64,000 nucleotides of DNA from the NCBI RefSeq assembly GCF_963921235.1, contig NC_086108.1, forward strand, positions 107,448,001 to 107,512,000. The letters are read 5' to 3'. This stretch comes from Mobula hypostoma (Eukaryota). Numbering within the stretch: the stretch's first letter is position 1; every line of letters begins with the position of its first letter. Of the stretch, positions 25,296 through 39,224 are shown in pieces. The notes under the pieces were generated by a model. That model searched no databases. It saw nothing but the letters and a program-made list of their open reading frames with translations, and was not told where the DNA came from. The translations under genes were made by a program, and so were the position numbers.

Positions 25296-28200
25296 TAAAG
25301 CTAATCTTTATAATTTAAAACAAAATCTTAAAAAATCTGGACAAAGTGAGGATCCAAAGAATCCCAGGCATCCATTTTCATCGGTCATTGAAATGTCATC
25401 CTTGGCTACAACAAATAGTCAGAGCTAGTTATGAACTAGTCATTGGTTAAAATGCAAAATGAGTAAGTGTAGGCTTGGTTTAATCATCCTGATTTTTTTT
25501 TTAAATGTAAGTACCTACTCATTTAATAGTTATTTAGTTTAATTTTATTATCCATTAATTACTACGTTGATCTATCTAATATTCTGACCCGAGGAAACAA
25601 CTGCACAAGGTAATTAAATGTCACGGAGCACTACGGCACAGAAACAGGACTTTTGGCCTATCTAGTCCATGGTGAACTGTTAATCTGCCTCATCCCATTG
25701 ACCTGCACCCAAACCATAGCTCTCCATACCCCAACCATCCATGTACATCCAAGTTACATGTTGAAATCAAACCCAGCGTCCACCACTTCAGCTGACAGCT
25801 AGTTCCACCCTCACACCACTCTCTGAATAAAGAAGCTCCCCCTCATGTTCCTCTTAAATGTTTCCCCTTTCACCCTTGACCTATGATCTTTAGTTCTAGT
25901 CTCACTTAACTTCAGCAGAAAAAAGCCTGCTCACATTTACGCTATCTATATCCCTCGTAATCTTGCATACAGTACTGTGCAAAATTCTTGGGCACATGCA
26001 TATAGCTAAAGTGCTGAGACTTTAGCACAACACTGTAGTAATTTTGTATATTGCATTGAAAAGAAAATCAAATTTCATGACATATGTGAGTGACGATAAA
26101 CCTGATTCTGATATGGGTCTCTATTGTGGACTGAGAGTGGGAAGAGGGCAGGGAGAGAGGAATCGTGGTTGGGAAAAGGGGAAGGGTGATGTTCTGTAAT
26201 GATCAAAAAAACAATTCTTTGTAATCAAGTGACCTCGCCTGCATCTGTGCCATCCCCTATCCTTGGCATTCCTTGTCTGCCAGCCATCCCACACCCCTCC
26301 CGTGGTGCTCTACCCTTGCTATTCCAAGCATTGTTCGCTCCCACCAGGTTTACAAACTGGCTGTCCGCTCCACATTGACAAATACAGTACCGTGTGAAAA
26401 TCGGTCTCTGTATTCATGTGACACTGCCTTGCTTCTTCTGTGTTCTTGCAAAAGTTGTCATTACAATTCTAATCCACGTGGAATCATTTAAAACAAGGAT
26501 GAAAGAGAAATTTGATTTTGATCAATTGTTATCAATGTAAAAATGACTTTTATTTCTCCCTTGCCCAAGTAGCTGCCATTAAAACTGTGTGGATGTTGGA
26601 AATCAAATCTAAAAACACATGAGTGCTGGCAATACTCTGGTCTGGTTAGGTCTGTGTATAGAGAGCGAGAGAGGGGGAGAGACAGAGAGAGAGAGATTTA
26701 TATATTCAGGTCAATGACTTTGTTGCTGTCAACAATTTTTTTTTAGTGCAGACCTTGAAAGTGAGTACTGTTCTATGCTCTAAAGGGCCACATACCCCAC
26801 TAACCATGCTTGTGAAGGAGCAAGATTTACTCTGCTCAGTATTGGATTAAATCCTTGCCACGCTGCTGCAGATTTTAGAGATAAAGCTATGAGAGATCTG
26901 TTCAATGCCCAGAAGATTTAGAACATGGAACAGTACAGCAGAGAAACAGGTACTTTGGCCCACAATGTTGTGCTGAGCCCATTAGATTAGTAATCAAATG
27001 GCCTCCTAAACTAATCCCTTCTGCCTACTCTATATCCATATCCTTCCATTTTTCTCACACTCATGTGCTTATCTATACGCCTCGTAAAAGTCCCTAATCT
27101 TTCTGCGACTACCGTCGAGGTAATGTAGTGGTTAGTGTGACACTATTCCAGCTCAGGATGTCGGAGTTTGGAATTCAATCATGGCGTCCTCTGTGAGGAG
27201 TTTTGTATGTCCTCCCTGTTCTCTATGACCGTCAGTTTATAGTCAGATTAGACATGATGTTAAATGAACACAACATAGAACAGTACAGCACAGGAAAAGG
27301 CCCTTTAGTCCTCAATGCTGTGCTGAACCAATTAAATTAGAAACCAAATGGCAAACTACATTGATCTCTTCTGCCTACACAATGGCCATATCCTTCCATT
27401 TTCCTCACATGTAAATGACTACCAGGGAAAGACTTGCAATTTTTTTTTAAAAAACATCTTTAGTGTTCCTTTCAGTGTATCTCAGCGTTCTCTGTGGGCA
27501 GGAGAGGTATTTCCTAATGGGCCTATGTGAGCAATTGAGCACGGCTTCTCGTGGGAAGGGTGATTGAATTTGACCTCTCTAATCACTCAGCTATGAAGTT
27601 GCAAATAACATCTCTCATTACTCTTGAGATGAAATCTGCCAGCTCGGTACATACCAGGGGAACAGAACATTAGGTCTTAGAGATGCTTGAATTCAGATTT
27701 ATTTATCATGGGTACTATACATTATACCGTGCTGTCAAATGTGCCGTTTGCATTAACAAACCCAAAAGTGTCAGTGTACGTTCCAGCACCAACAACACTG
27801 ATGACAAAAAAACCCCAGAAGAAAACAGTAAAACATGCCCCTTTCCTCCCTCCCTCCCTACCACACACATGGACAGGACTCCAGGCCTCGGGTCTCGAGC
27901 ATCTGCCATCAAGCTTCAGCTTCCAGACTTCTGATTGGCCTTCGGGCTCCAATCCCCTAGACTGGCCAATGACAACCTTCTAAACTCAAGCGTACCGAAC
28001 GGCTGGCCCGCATGCCTCCTGTTCACTCAGACTGGCCTTTGATTGCCGAGCCGATGCCTGGACTGCAGATTTCCTTCATCACACCTCCATTTTGCTGAAC
28101 TTTGAACACAATGGATGCCTGACCTCTAACCTCTCCACATCCCTGTACCTAATGCCTAATGGGATAGCTACTTCCCCCACATCGCTGTCCATAAACGCTA

Positions 28201-28356
28201 ACCTGACCTGCAACTCCCCTCTCTGTCCCTAAAACAAAACTTACAAACAAAAAAGTACAAACACGAGGAAATCTGCAGATGCTGGAATTTCAAGCAACAC
28301 ACATAAAAATTGCCGGTGAACACAGCAGGCCAGGCAGCATCTATAGGAAGAGGTAC

Positions 28357-28392
28357 AGTCGACGTTTCGGGCTGAGACCCTTCATCAGGACT
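28357..28392 (-). ncRNA. Minimal type I hammerhead ribozyme motif (intact core)
   Basis: Reverse complement: AGTC-CTGATGA-A-GGGTCTCAGCCC-GAAAC-GTC-GACT. Confidence 0.85.
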
Positions 28393-28408
28393 AACTGAAA
28401 GAAGAGAT

Positions 28409-28444
28409 AGTCCTGATGAAGGGTCTCGGCCCGAAACATCGACT
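28409..28444 (+). ncRNA. Minimal type I hammerhead motif (stem III palindrome mutated to ACAT)
   Basis: AGTC-CTGATGA-A-GGGTCTCGGCCC-GAAAC-ATC-GACT. Confidence 0.7.
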
Positions 28445-28729
28445 GTACCTCTTCCTATAGATGCTGCCTGGCCTGCTGTGTTCACCAGCAATTTAAACAA
28501 AAAAGTACAACTACATCTGAACTGCAATTTTAATGGAGGCCCCAAATGGGTGCCATCTTGTAAATTACTGCAGCAAATGATGACAATGTTGTTGCATGTT
28601 TCTTTCACAATCAATCACAAGCTTGAATTGAAGAATTGGCGATTCTTCAATTCTCAGATTTTTATAGCTATCGGGTCTCTCCTCAGCTTCCATGCTGTAG
28701 AAAAGGACCCAAACTTTTGTCCAACTTCT

Positions 28730-29200
28730 CAGAGCTTGCAGTGGGATTTGAACCAGCTGGGGAAATGGGCTGAAAAATGGCAGATGGAATTTAAGGCAGA
28801 CAAGTGCTCAGTCTTGCATTTTGATAGGATGAACCAGAGTCCATATTGCACAGTGAACAGTAAGGCTGTGAGGAGTGTGGTAGAACAAAGGGATCTTGGA
28901 ATATGGGTCCAAAATTCATTGAAAGTGGTGTCCCAGGTCATGAAGAAAGCTTTTGGCACATTGGCCTTTATAAATCAATGTGCTGAGTACAGGAGATGGT
29001 ATATTGAAGTTAGTGAGGCCTAATTTGCAGCACTGTGTACAGTTTTGGTCACCTACCTACAGGAAAAATGTTGTTAAAGTTGAAAAAGCAAAAATTTACA
29101 AGGATGTTGCTGGATCCAGAGGACCTGAGTCTGTTGAGAGGTTGAATAGGTTGAGACTTTATTCCTTGGAACATAGAAGATTGAGGAGAGATTTAATAGG
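28730..29200 (+). mobile_element. Decayed CR1 RT fragment
   Basis: LQWDLNQLGKWAEKWQMEFKADKC...EQRDLG...LVRPNLQHCVQFWSP. Confidence 0.85.
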
Positions 29201-30384
29201 CAGCATCCTGGTAACATACACAAATCGCTGGAGGAACTCAACAGGTCAGGCAGCATCTTCCCAATCCCCTGAGATGTACAGAGTATCACCCTCTGCTTTT
29301 GGACATTTTAATCTCCCAAATCTTTTTGTGATTTTAGTTTTCTTTTCAAGAAATCTGATGAGTGAGAAATCTGGCACCACTACAAGGGGCTGGTTGGCAT
29401 GGTTACACACCCAGTCTACTACATCTGACTAAATATCGGTGACTAAAGTGACTTTGTGTCACCCACCTATCTTCTCCTTCACCATCTGCCCACCCCACCA
29501 TTCAGAAGCCGGGAAAGGGAATGCATTAAAATAAAACTTCGGTGAGCCGCATTAAAGTTCTGGTTGCCCCATTGTTGAAGATAGCACAGTAGAGCACAGG
29601 AACAGGCCCTTCAGCTCACAATGCTGGGCTGAAACAAATAAATTAGTAATCAAGTGGCCAACTAGACCTTCTTTATAGGGCCTCTGCCCCTTCCCTCTTC
29701 AGTCCTGATGAAGGGTTGCGGCCCAAAACGTTGACTGATCGTTTCCACGGATGCTGCCCGACCTGCTGAGTTCCTCCAGTGTGTTGTGAGTGTTGCTTTG
29801 ACCCCAGCACCTGCAGAGTATTTTGTGTAAACTAATCCCTTCTGCCTACACAATGTCCATATCCCTCCATTCTCCCCACTTCCATGTGCCTATCTAAACG
29901 TCTCTTAAGAGTCTGTAGTGCATTTGCATCTACCACCGCCCCAGGCAGCGCATTCCCACCACTCTCTGTGTAAAAAGCTTGCTCTTCAAATCTCTTTACA
30001 AATTGCCCCTTCTCAGCTTAAATGCATGCCCTCTGGTATTAGATATTTCAGACCTAAGAAAAAAGATACTGTCTATCCACTCCATCTATGCCTCTCATAA
30101 TCTTATAAACCTCTATTGGATCTCCCCTCAGCTTTCACTGCTCCAGAGAAAATATAAGAAGGATATGAGAATTGGTTTATTATCATGGATACAGGTTATG
30201 AACTTGTTTTGTGGCAGCAGCAATGTGAAGAGACAAAAATACTGTAAGTTACAAAAAAGTGTAAAAGAGGAATAACAAGGTAGTTATGGTAGTTTATGGA
30301 CCATTCAGAAATTTGATGGGGAAGGGGAAGAAGTTGTTCCTGAACTGTTGTGTGTGGTTCCTCTGGCTTGTCCTTGATGGTTGT

Positions 30385-31000
30385 AAGGGAGGCAAATGCA
30401 ATGTTGGCATTTATTTTGAGAGGACTGGAATATTTAAGGATGGATATAACGTCGCGGCTTCATAAGTCACTGGTCAGACTGCACTTGGAGTATTGCGAGC
30501 AGTATTTGGTCCTTATCTAAGAAAGGCTGGCATTGAGGGGTTCCAGAGGAGTTTCATGAGAGTGATTCTGGGAATGAAAGGGTTAAAGTATGAGGAGCGT
30601 TTGATGGCTCTGGGCCTGTACTCACTGGAGTTCGGGAAAATGTGAGGGGGAAATCTGATTGAAATCTCTCGAATATTGAAAGACAAAGATAGAGTGGAAG
30701 TGGAGAGAATGTTTCTTATAGTGGGTGAGTCAAGGACCAGAAGGCCCACGCTTAGAATAGAAGCAGTCCCTTTAAAACAGAAATGAGAAGGAATTTCTTT
30801 CACTAGAGAGTGGTGAATCTGTGGAATTCATTGCCACAGATGGCTGTGGAGGTCAAGGTGTTGGGTATATTTAAAGTGTAGTTTGATAGTTTCTTGATTA
30901 GTCACGGTGTCAAAGATTATATGGAGAATGGAGAAGAATGGGTTTGAGGGAACGATGGGGCAGACTCGGTGGGCTGATTGACCTAACTCTTCTGCTGTGC
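30385..31000 (+). mobile_element. Decayed CR1 3' fragment
   Basis: Remnants of KANAMLAFI, LVRxHLEY, GLxYEERLMALGLYSLEF and RVVNLWNSLP. Confidence 0.8.
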
Positions 31001-31819
31001 CTTGCGGTCACCCGTAAGTGGTAGCTGGAGGCCGGCAACTTGCTCTTGCATCGGACTAGTGGCCTCCTGAGGATTTTAAAGGGCAGCCAGCAGTGGAGGG
31101 ATTGTTATGGTCAGAATAGAGAAGGACATGCCTGAAGTCTCCCACAAGTATGGCCAAGCAGTTTGAGTTGTGTTACGTTAGTACTGAAGCTGAGACGCAG
31201 ACCGTATCAGCACCCTCTTGAAAATGTCGTGAACGTCATTTGCAGTCTCCCCAATGGTTTGTCGCTGTTCTGTTTTGTTACATTGATTGCAGTTTTAGAG
31301 CTCTTAATCCAATCTTGCAGAGCATGTACTTATTAATGTCACTTTAACAAGGTAAAGAACAAATTCTCCTCCAAAGCTTGAGTGACCCATGTTGAGCATA
31401 TTGTAGATGAAAATCTACAGATGCTGGAAACTCTTCAAGACATTCAGTGCCATGGTAGTGTAGCGGTTAGCAATTTTCTGTATGCTTCAATATTTTGATG
31501 TACATATAAAATTAGAGATTTCATGATTTTCATATGTGCTCTATATTTGCCTCAGCTGGAAGCCATGTTGTGTAGTGGTTAGTGTGACACTATTACAGCA
31601 CGGGGCATCAGGGTTCAGTCTGGCGTCTTTTGTAAGAAAGTTTATACATACAACGCATCAGGACTGGGGGGAAAAAAGATGAGAAGTTCCAAGCTTTTTC
31701 CAATCCTGATGAAGGGTCTTGGTCCAAAACGTCAACCGTTTACTCTTTTCCATAAACGCCGTTTGGTATGCTGAGTTCCTCCAGCATTTTGTGTGTTGCC
31801 CTGTATTTACTTAAAAGCA

Positions 31820-34215
31820 CAGAGCAACCTGGCCTTCACAGCTGCCTGTGTTAACAAATTCACCATCTTCTGGCTAAAGACAGTTCTCTGCATCTGTTTT
31901 AAATGGGCACCCCTCTATCCTGAGGCTTCCCCCAGCAAGGGAAACATTCTTTCTACAACTACTCAGTCTAGCCTTTCAACATTCGAAAGATTTCAATGTG
32001 ATTTTCTACCCCCCCCCCACCCCCATCCTTCTAAATTCCAGCGAGTATAGGCCCAGAGCTATTAAATGTTCCTCTTTCATTCCCGGAATCATCCTTGCGA
32101 ACCTCCTCTGAAACCCCTCTAACACCAGCACATCTTTTCTTAGGTAAGCCCAAAAGGTGAGGCCTCACCAGTACCTTATAAAGGCTCAGCATCACATCCT
32201 TGCTCTTGTAATCTAGACCTCTTGAAATGAATGCTAAAATTGCATTTGAGTTCCTCATGACTGACTCTACCTGCAAGTTAACCCTTAGGGTGTTCTGCAC
32301 AAGGACTTACAAGTCCCTTTACATCTTAGATTTTTGGATTTTCTCCCCGTTTAGAAAACTGTCCGCACAGTTATGTCTACTAACAAAGTTCATGACCATG
32401 CATTTTCCAACATTGTATTTCATTTGCCACTTTTTTTGCACCGTCTCCTAATCTGCCTAAGTCCTTCAGCAGCCTTCCTGTTTCCTCAACACTACCAGCC
32501 CCTCCACCAATCTTTGTATCAAACTTGGCAACAAAGCAATCAATTCCATAATCTAAATCATTGATATACAGCATAAAAAGAGTGGTCTCAACTACAGTCC
32601 CTGCGGAACACCAATAGACACATGCAGCCAACCAGAAAAGGATCCTTTCATTCCCACTCGCTGCCTCTTACCAATCAGCCAATGCTCTAACCGTACCAGC
32701 AGCTTTCTGTAATACCATGGGCTTTTTAACTTGGTAAGCAGCCTCGTGTGGCACCTTGTTAAAGGCCTCCTTAATATCCAAATATACAACATCAACTACA
32801 TCCCCTTTATCCATCCTGTTTGAAGAATTCCAACAGGTTCACCAGGCAAGGTTTTCCCTTGAGGAAGCCATGCTGTATTTGTCACCAAGTACCCCATAAC
32901 CTCATTCTTAATAATTGACTCCAACATCTTCCCAACCACTGAAGTCAGGCTAAGTGGTCTATAATTTCCTTTCTGCTGCCTTTCTCTTTTTATTTTTTAA
33001 AAAAAGAGTGGAGTGACATTTGCGATTTATTTTTTTTTCACCCAGTCCTCTGGCACTATGCCAGAGTCTAATAATTTTTGAAAGATCATTTCTAATGCTT
33101 TCACTACCTCTTTCAGAACCCTAGGATGTTCATCTGCTCTGGGTAACTCGTGTATCTTTTAGGTCTTTCAGCTTTTTGACCAACTTCTCCCTTGTAATAG
33201 TAACTACACACACTTCTTTTCCCTCACACCCTTTAACATCTGGCACACTGCTAGTGTCTTCTACAGTGAAGACATGCAAAATTCTCATTTAGTTCCTCTG
33301 CCATCCCCTTGTCCCTCATTATTATTTCCACTTTCATCTCTCTTTTATCCACCTTGATATTGTTTGCTAGCTTGCTTTCATATTTTGTTTTTTCCTAATT
33401 CTTTTAGTTGCTTTCTGTAGGTTTTTAAAAGCTTCCCAATCTTCTGCCTTCTGGCTAGTTTTTACTTTGTTATATGCCCTCTCTTTTGCTTTTATATTAG
33501 CTTTGACTTCCCTTGTTTCCCTTGTTAAGCATGGTTGTACTATTCTGCCATTTCAGTATTTCTTCATTTCTGGAATACACATGAGCTGCACCTTCCTCAT
33601 TTTTTTCCCAGAAATGCATGCCATGGTTGCTCTGCTGACCACCCTGCTAGCAACTCCTTCCAATTTACTTTGGACAAATCCTCTCTCATACCACTGTAAT
33701 TTCCTTTACTCCACTGAAATACTGCTACATCGTACTTTCTCTCTATCATATTTCAAGTTGAACTCAATTATGTTGTGATCTCTGTCTCCTAAGGGTTCCT
33801 TTACCTTAAGCTCCCTAATTACCTCTGGTTCATTACATAACACCCAATCCAGTATAGCTAATCCTATAGTAGGCTCAATGACAAACTGCCTTTTTTATTA
33901 AAATAAAAGCCAACCCGTAGGCATTCACTCTTGGAATCCATTACCAACCCGATTTTCCTAATCTAGCTGAATGTTGAGATCTCCCATCACTATCATAACA
34001 TTGCCCTTTTGACATGCCTTTTTTCTTTCCTGACATATTCTGTGGTCCACATCCCAGATACTGTTTGGAGTCTTGTAATTAACTGCCATTAGCATCCTTT
34101 TACCCTTACAGTTTCTAAATCAACCCACAAGGATCCTATATCTTCCGATCCTAGGTCACACCTTTCAAATGGATTGATGTCGTTCTTTACTAGCAGAACC
34201 AAACCACCCCTCTGC
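31820..34215 (-). mobile_element. Long decayed CR1 ORF2 segment
   Basis: Reverse-strand remnants WLIGKRQRVG..GSFSGW..GVPQG, YINDLD..AKF and NAILAFISRGLDYKSKDVMLSLYKVLVRPH, extending upstream toward the APE region. Confidence 0.8.
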
Positions 34216-34964
34216 CTACCTTCCTATCCCTCTGACACAGTGTGTAACCTTGGACATTCAGCTCCCACCATCCTTCAGCCACGATCTTCTCTTCTAAGTT
34301 TATACATATGTTTTTTTGGTAGTGTGCATGTGGTTTCCTTCAGGTGCTCTGGTTCCCTCCCACAGTCCAAAGACCCATTGGTCATTAGGTTAATTGGCAT
34401 TGTAAATTGTCCTGTGACTGGGCTAGGATGAATCAGTGGGTTGCTGGGCCAGAAGGGCCTATTCCACGCTGTATCTCTAAATAAATAAGTACAGTCCAAC
34501 CTGAAAGTGCTACTGGCATTTTCTTCATCATGCTTTGATTTAAATACATTACTGCTGTTTTTTTTTATTCTCAGTAAATATGTGATTATTTTTCACTGGG
34601 GAGAGCAGGCGAGGAAATAATACAATACCACAGACCTGCGTGTTGTTCCTCCCCATCCTTTCCAATAACAAGGAAGCATGAATCCGAAGAGATAATGACT
34701 GTGTTGAATAATGATATATTGACAATTTCTACAACTTCTGGTATTCCCTCACCCCTGCTCCCTTCTCTTTGTACCATTCCCCATTCTGGATCTCACCTTG
34801 CCCCCTTCTCTTTTCTTCATCTGCCCATCACTTCCCTGTGGTTCCCCACCTCTTTCCAATTTACATACTGGGAGTTCTGCATTACCATAGATTCTGTCCC
34901 TTTTCTGACTTGCGGATACAATTGACTCGAGGACATCCGTAAAAATGGGAGGGTCTCCATACAT

Positions 34965-35655
34965 AACTTTATTCTGGTTGAGAATCTTCATCAGGACTGG
35001 AAAAACAAGAGGGCAGCAGGGGGGAGGAGGAGCAGGGAGTGGCAAGTGATTGGTGGATTCGGGTGATGGGGGAGGGTAAGAAGGTGGGTGAGTGGGGGGA
35101 GAAAATGGAAAGGCATAAGCAACTGGGAGGTGATGGGTGGAAGACAGAAGAAGCAAAGGGCAGGAGGTGGATTCTGGTAGAAGACAGAAGAGCATGGAAT
35201 AAAGGGGAGTTGGGGAACCAGAGTAAGCTGAAGGTGACGGGCAGATCTCATGAGGGCATTAGGGGAACGTGAAAGAGTTAAGGAAAATGAGGGAGAAGTT
35301 AGTCCCCTAGTTCCTTCCCTTTTATTCCATGGTCCACTGTCCTCTCCTATCGGATTCCTCCTTCAGCAGCGTTTTTCCTTTTCCACCTATCCCCTACCAG
35401 CTTGTTACTTCAAACCTGCTCCCCCACCCACCCATCTTCCCCTTCACCTGTCACCTACCACATTGTACTTCTTCCCTGTGTCTCCCCAACTTATTCTGGC
35501 TCCTGCCCTCTTCCTCCTCAGTCCCGATGAAAGGTCTTGGCCAGAAATGTCGACTGTTTATTCTTCTCCACAGAAGCGCTCAGACTTGCTGAGTTACTCC
35601 AGCACTTTGTGTGAATTGCTCAAGATTCCCAGCATCTGCAGAATCCCTTGTGTTT
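34965..35655. mobile_element. Two older Penelope pLTR fragments in inverted orientation
   Basis: Minus-strand hammerhead remnant at about 34975-34999 (cttcatcaggact) followed by a purine tract; plus-strand pyrimidine tract then agtcccgatgaaaggtcttggccagaaatgtcgact at about 35520-35555. Confidence 0.7.
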
Positions 35656-36362
35656 GTGGTATTAAAAAGTGCGAGGAAAGTGAGATGTTTGTGCTGAAAA
35701 AAAAATCCTAATCAAAGTAACTTTATTATCAAACTGCATATGACACCATTAAGATGCATTTGCAGGAACATAAAGAAATACAGTAGAATTTATGAAAAGC
35801 TATTTATATGAAGACTGACAAACACAACTAATGTGCAAGAGAAGATGAATTCTGCAAATACTAAATTATACTGAGAAGGATTTGTAGAGACCCTGAAAGT
35901 AAGTCTGTAGAATCGGTGCAGGTGAGTGAAGTTGTCCACCCTGGTACAGTAGCCAGCGGTGATTGAAGCATACCAGAAAGAGTGGAAGGACGTCCCTTTA
36001 GAACAGAGATTTAGGAGGATTTTTTTTATATAGCCAGCGGGTGGTGAATCTGTGGAATTTACTGCCACGGATGGCTGTGGAGGCCAAGTCCTTGGGTATA
36101 TTTAAAGATGGGTTTTTAATGAGTAAGGGAGTCAATGGTTATGGCGAGAAGGTAGGAGAATGGGGATGAGAGTGATAATAAATCAGCCACGATGGAATGG
36201 CAGAACAAAATCGGGCTGAATGGTCCAATTCTGCTCCAATCTTTTATGGTCAATAGCTTCAGATAACTTTGACCAAGTTATGATATTTCTGTAGATGGCC
36301 AACAATTGGTTTGGCTTCAATGTGCATCATGAACACTATATGTGACTGCCTTATTAGTGTTA

Positions 36363-36960
36363 CAGACATCCCACCTCTCCCAGAAGTTCCGGGAGTCTGC
36401 CGCATATGAATAGTGGCACCCTGATGCCCACAAGCTATATACAATATCACGGAAATCAATTTTTTTGACAGTGAGCAAGAGAAAGCAAGAGAGAGCGCAA
36501 GAGTGACAACGAAAAGGCGTGCACGCGAGAGGAAGCGAGAGCGTGCGAAAGCAAGCGAGAGCACGCGAGCGAGAGCGCTTGAGAGCAAGCGAGCGATCAT
36601 GAGAGAGAGAGAGCGCGCGCCATGGCAGAGTGTTCCAAAAAAAATATAAAACGTACGTCACCCCAGACTACACTAAAGTGTACCCCTGCCTAATAGGGGT
36701 CAAAATAATGACAGTGTTGCTCGCTGCACTGTTTGCAACAGTGACTTTTCTATTGCCCATGGTGGGTTAAGACTGTAAAAGACGTGTTGAGGTGAGTTTA
36801 ACAGGTTTCATTCGTTCATTAGCATAGCTAACGTTATTTAAACTAGCTGGCTAGCTGCTAAGGAGCTACTCTATTGCAGACATCCCATCTCTCCCGGGAG
36901 TGTCCCGCTAATTGATGGTGCTACCTCCCTGAAATGAGTTTTTGCAGGGTGGGATGTCTG
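36363..36960. mobile_element. Non-autonomous DNA transposon with 6-bp TSD
   Basis: 13-bp TIRs cagacatcccacc / ggtgggatgtctg with a gtgtta duplication at 36357-36362 and 36961-36966. CpG-rich GA/GC low-complexity interior. Confidence 0.8.
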
Positions 36961-37114
36961 GTGTTACAAGTACCGTGAAGAACTAGATTTTGTGTGGCAT
37001 CCAGACAGATAATTTCAATACCTCATTGAATTGCGGTAGTACAAGGGGAAATTGTCCTGGGTACGACTCTAAACTGCAACTGGTGATGAGGGTCTGACTG
37101 GGGACTTTCAGAGC

Positions 37115-37885
37115 TTTGAGGAAGAACTACAAAACTAAATTGATATAGTTGTTAAAGAAAGTGCAAAAATGGGTCTATCTATCAATTACAAAAAGACAAT
37201 GTATGGTGATATCCAAAAAGAAGGAGAATCCTATCTGCAGGCTGAGAATAAATGGGAAAGACATAAAACAAGTACAGAACTTTTGCTACTTAGGAAACTG
37301 GGTGACATCAGATGGCAGGTGCGACATGGGTGTCAAAAGAAGAATAGGGATGGCAAAAGACACCTTTACGATAATGAAGAGTATACTGACCAATACTAAA
37401 CTAGGCATGACAACCCGCCTCAGAGTACTGAAATGTTACGTTTATCCAGTTATGTTATATGGCTCAGAATGTTGGACAATATCTAGTAACATGAGGAAAC
37501 AAATTGTAGCAGAAATGTGGTTTTTGCGGAGGATGCAAAGAATATCATGGACGAAACAAATATCTAATGAGGATGTCATGAACAGAGCAAATGCAAAGAG
37601 AAATAATGTATGAGATCATGAAAAGACAACGTAACTTCATTGGACAATGTAATCAATTTCCCCCGGGATCAATAAAGTATGACTATGACTTGTGATTAGG
37701 AAAGAGGAGTTAGAATGCACGGTAATTATGGGAAAGATTGAAGGGAAGAAAGCAAGAGGAAGACAAATGATGATGGAGACAGCAGCCAGAGAACTGGAAA
37801 TGAATACCAATGAATTGATCCACTTGACCCGAAACAGGAGTGTGTGGGCCACGGCAGTCAAAGCTCAAACCTGATGATGATGACA
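37115..37885 (+). mobile_element. RTE-clade LINE 3' part
   Basis: GLSINYKKT, QVQNFCYLG, KRRIGMAK, YVYPVMLYGSECW, MGKIEGKKARGRQ; (tga)n tail at about 37872-37884. Confidence 0.9.
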
Positions 37886-37924
37886 AGGGGAAAAACAGGT
37901 TCCTCAAGTTGTCATATCTGGGGA

Positions 37925-38510
37925 GGCAGGGTGGGGAGGTGATGGGTAATGGGGGTAAGCTCCCACTAACCATTTAAATTCTCCTAATGGCATTCATCTC
38001 AAATAACATCTGTCGCCAAGTCCAGCTCCTGGACTTCACATGTGGCTTTGCTACTGAGCCCGGCAGAACCGTTTCCACTGACAGGAGAAGGGGCAAAGGC
38101 GGGTTACTGGTGCCTTAAACCCAGTCGCTCTGCCCAGATGGGGCCCACCAGCCATGGTTGGCAGCTCATCTCGGAGAAAGAACACTGTTCTCAAAACTCC
38201 GCTGCCTTGTGGCCATAACTTCTCATGGGAATGACTTCAGGATTAAACTTGGTGGGTGGGGGGGGGAAGGAAAAATCTGGAGCTCGAGTCTTTAAGTAGT
38301 CTGGCTTTGAGTTCAACTCTGACTGGCTGCTCCTATGATGCTGCTGTTGTCAAATGGTATCAGTTTCTGTTGTTTCTTTGGACTCGTCAGCTGTGTGGAG
38401 TGGGGGAACCTGCACATGGCCGACAGCTTGCTTGCCATATTGTACTGCCCTGGCTTGTATACTGGCTTACATACAGACTCAAACTAGGACGCAACACCTA
38501 TGATGGATTC
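37925..38510 (+). mobile_element. Unclassified non-autonomous retroposon family
   Basis: Homologous to 52830-53355 and partly to 8690-8840 (shared aagctcccacta..., actgacaggagaag..., ctgccctggcttg). Confidence 0.6.
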
Positions 38511-39224
38511 CAGCCGCCGGAGGCCTTGGAAAAACAATAGGTTTCAAAACAGTGTTGTAGTTATAAAGTGCAGACAGACAATAATGTGTTAGGCTTTAAT
38601 GAGTTAGACGTTTGACTTCACAAATCTATTCTATCGCACTTGGGGACTGTTCAATAGTCTGATAACAATGGCATAGAAGCTGTCCTTGAGCTTGGCCATA
38701 TTTGCTTTCAGGGTTTCTCCTTTTGCCCAATGGGAGAAGAGAATGTCTGGGGTGGGCGAGGTCTTTGGTTTTGTTGGCTTCTTTACCAGGGCCATGAGAA
38801 GTGCAGACAGGACGCATGGAGGGGAGGCTGTTTTCTGTGATTTGCTGAGCTGTGTCCTCAACTCTGCAGCTTATTGCAGTCTCAGGCAGCAGGAAAGGGC
38901 GGTATCCAAATCGTCCTGTTAGAGGGTTTATTTGTCAGAGAACTAAAGATGATGAGACTCAAAACCTTGTGCCCTGATGTAATGGCATTTGGCAGCTCAG
39001 TGGAATATCTGTGCCGAAATTGCTCGAGTGAACTTGATAGCCAATTGGCCTCCCTCCATTTTGTGCTCAGGATCAGCTGCTTATAACTTGTCGCAACACA
39101 GATGGAGGCAATTCAGCCCATCAGGTCCTGCTGGTTCCCATAGGTAAAATCTTCTTTGTGCCCTCTCTCTTCTCTTTCCTCCCCTTGGTCAGGAGATGCA
39201 ACAGCTTACAGGTAAGAGTGGTGA

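Larger units (their letters stand above)
28261..28494. mobile_element. 234-bp fold-back Penelope-derived mini-element with two inverted hammerheads
   Basis: 87-bp arms (28307-28393 / 28408-28494, 3 mismatches) with a 14-nt spacer and a 16-bp TSD aaacaaaaaagtacaa (28245-28260, 28495-28510). Confidence 0.9.
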
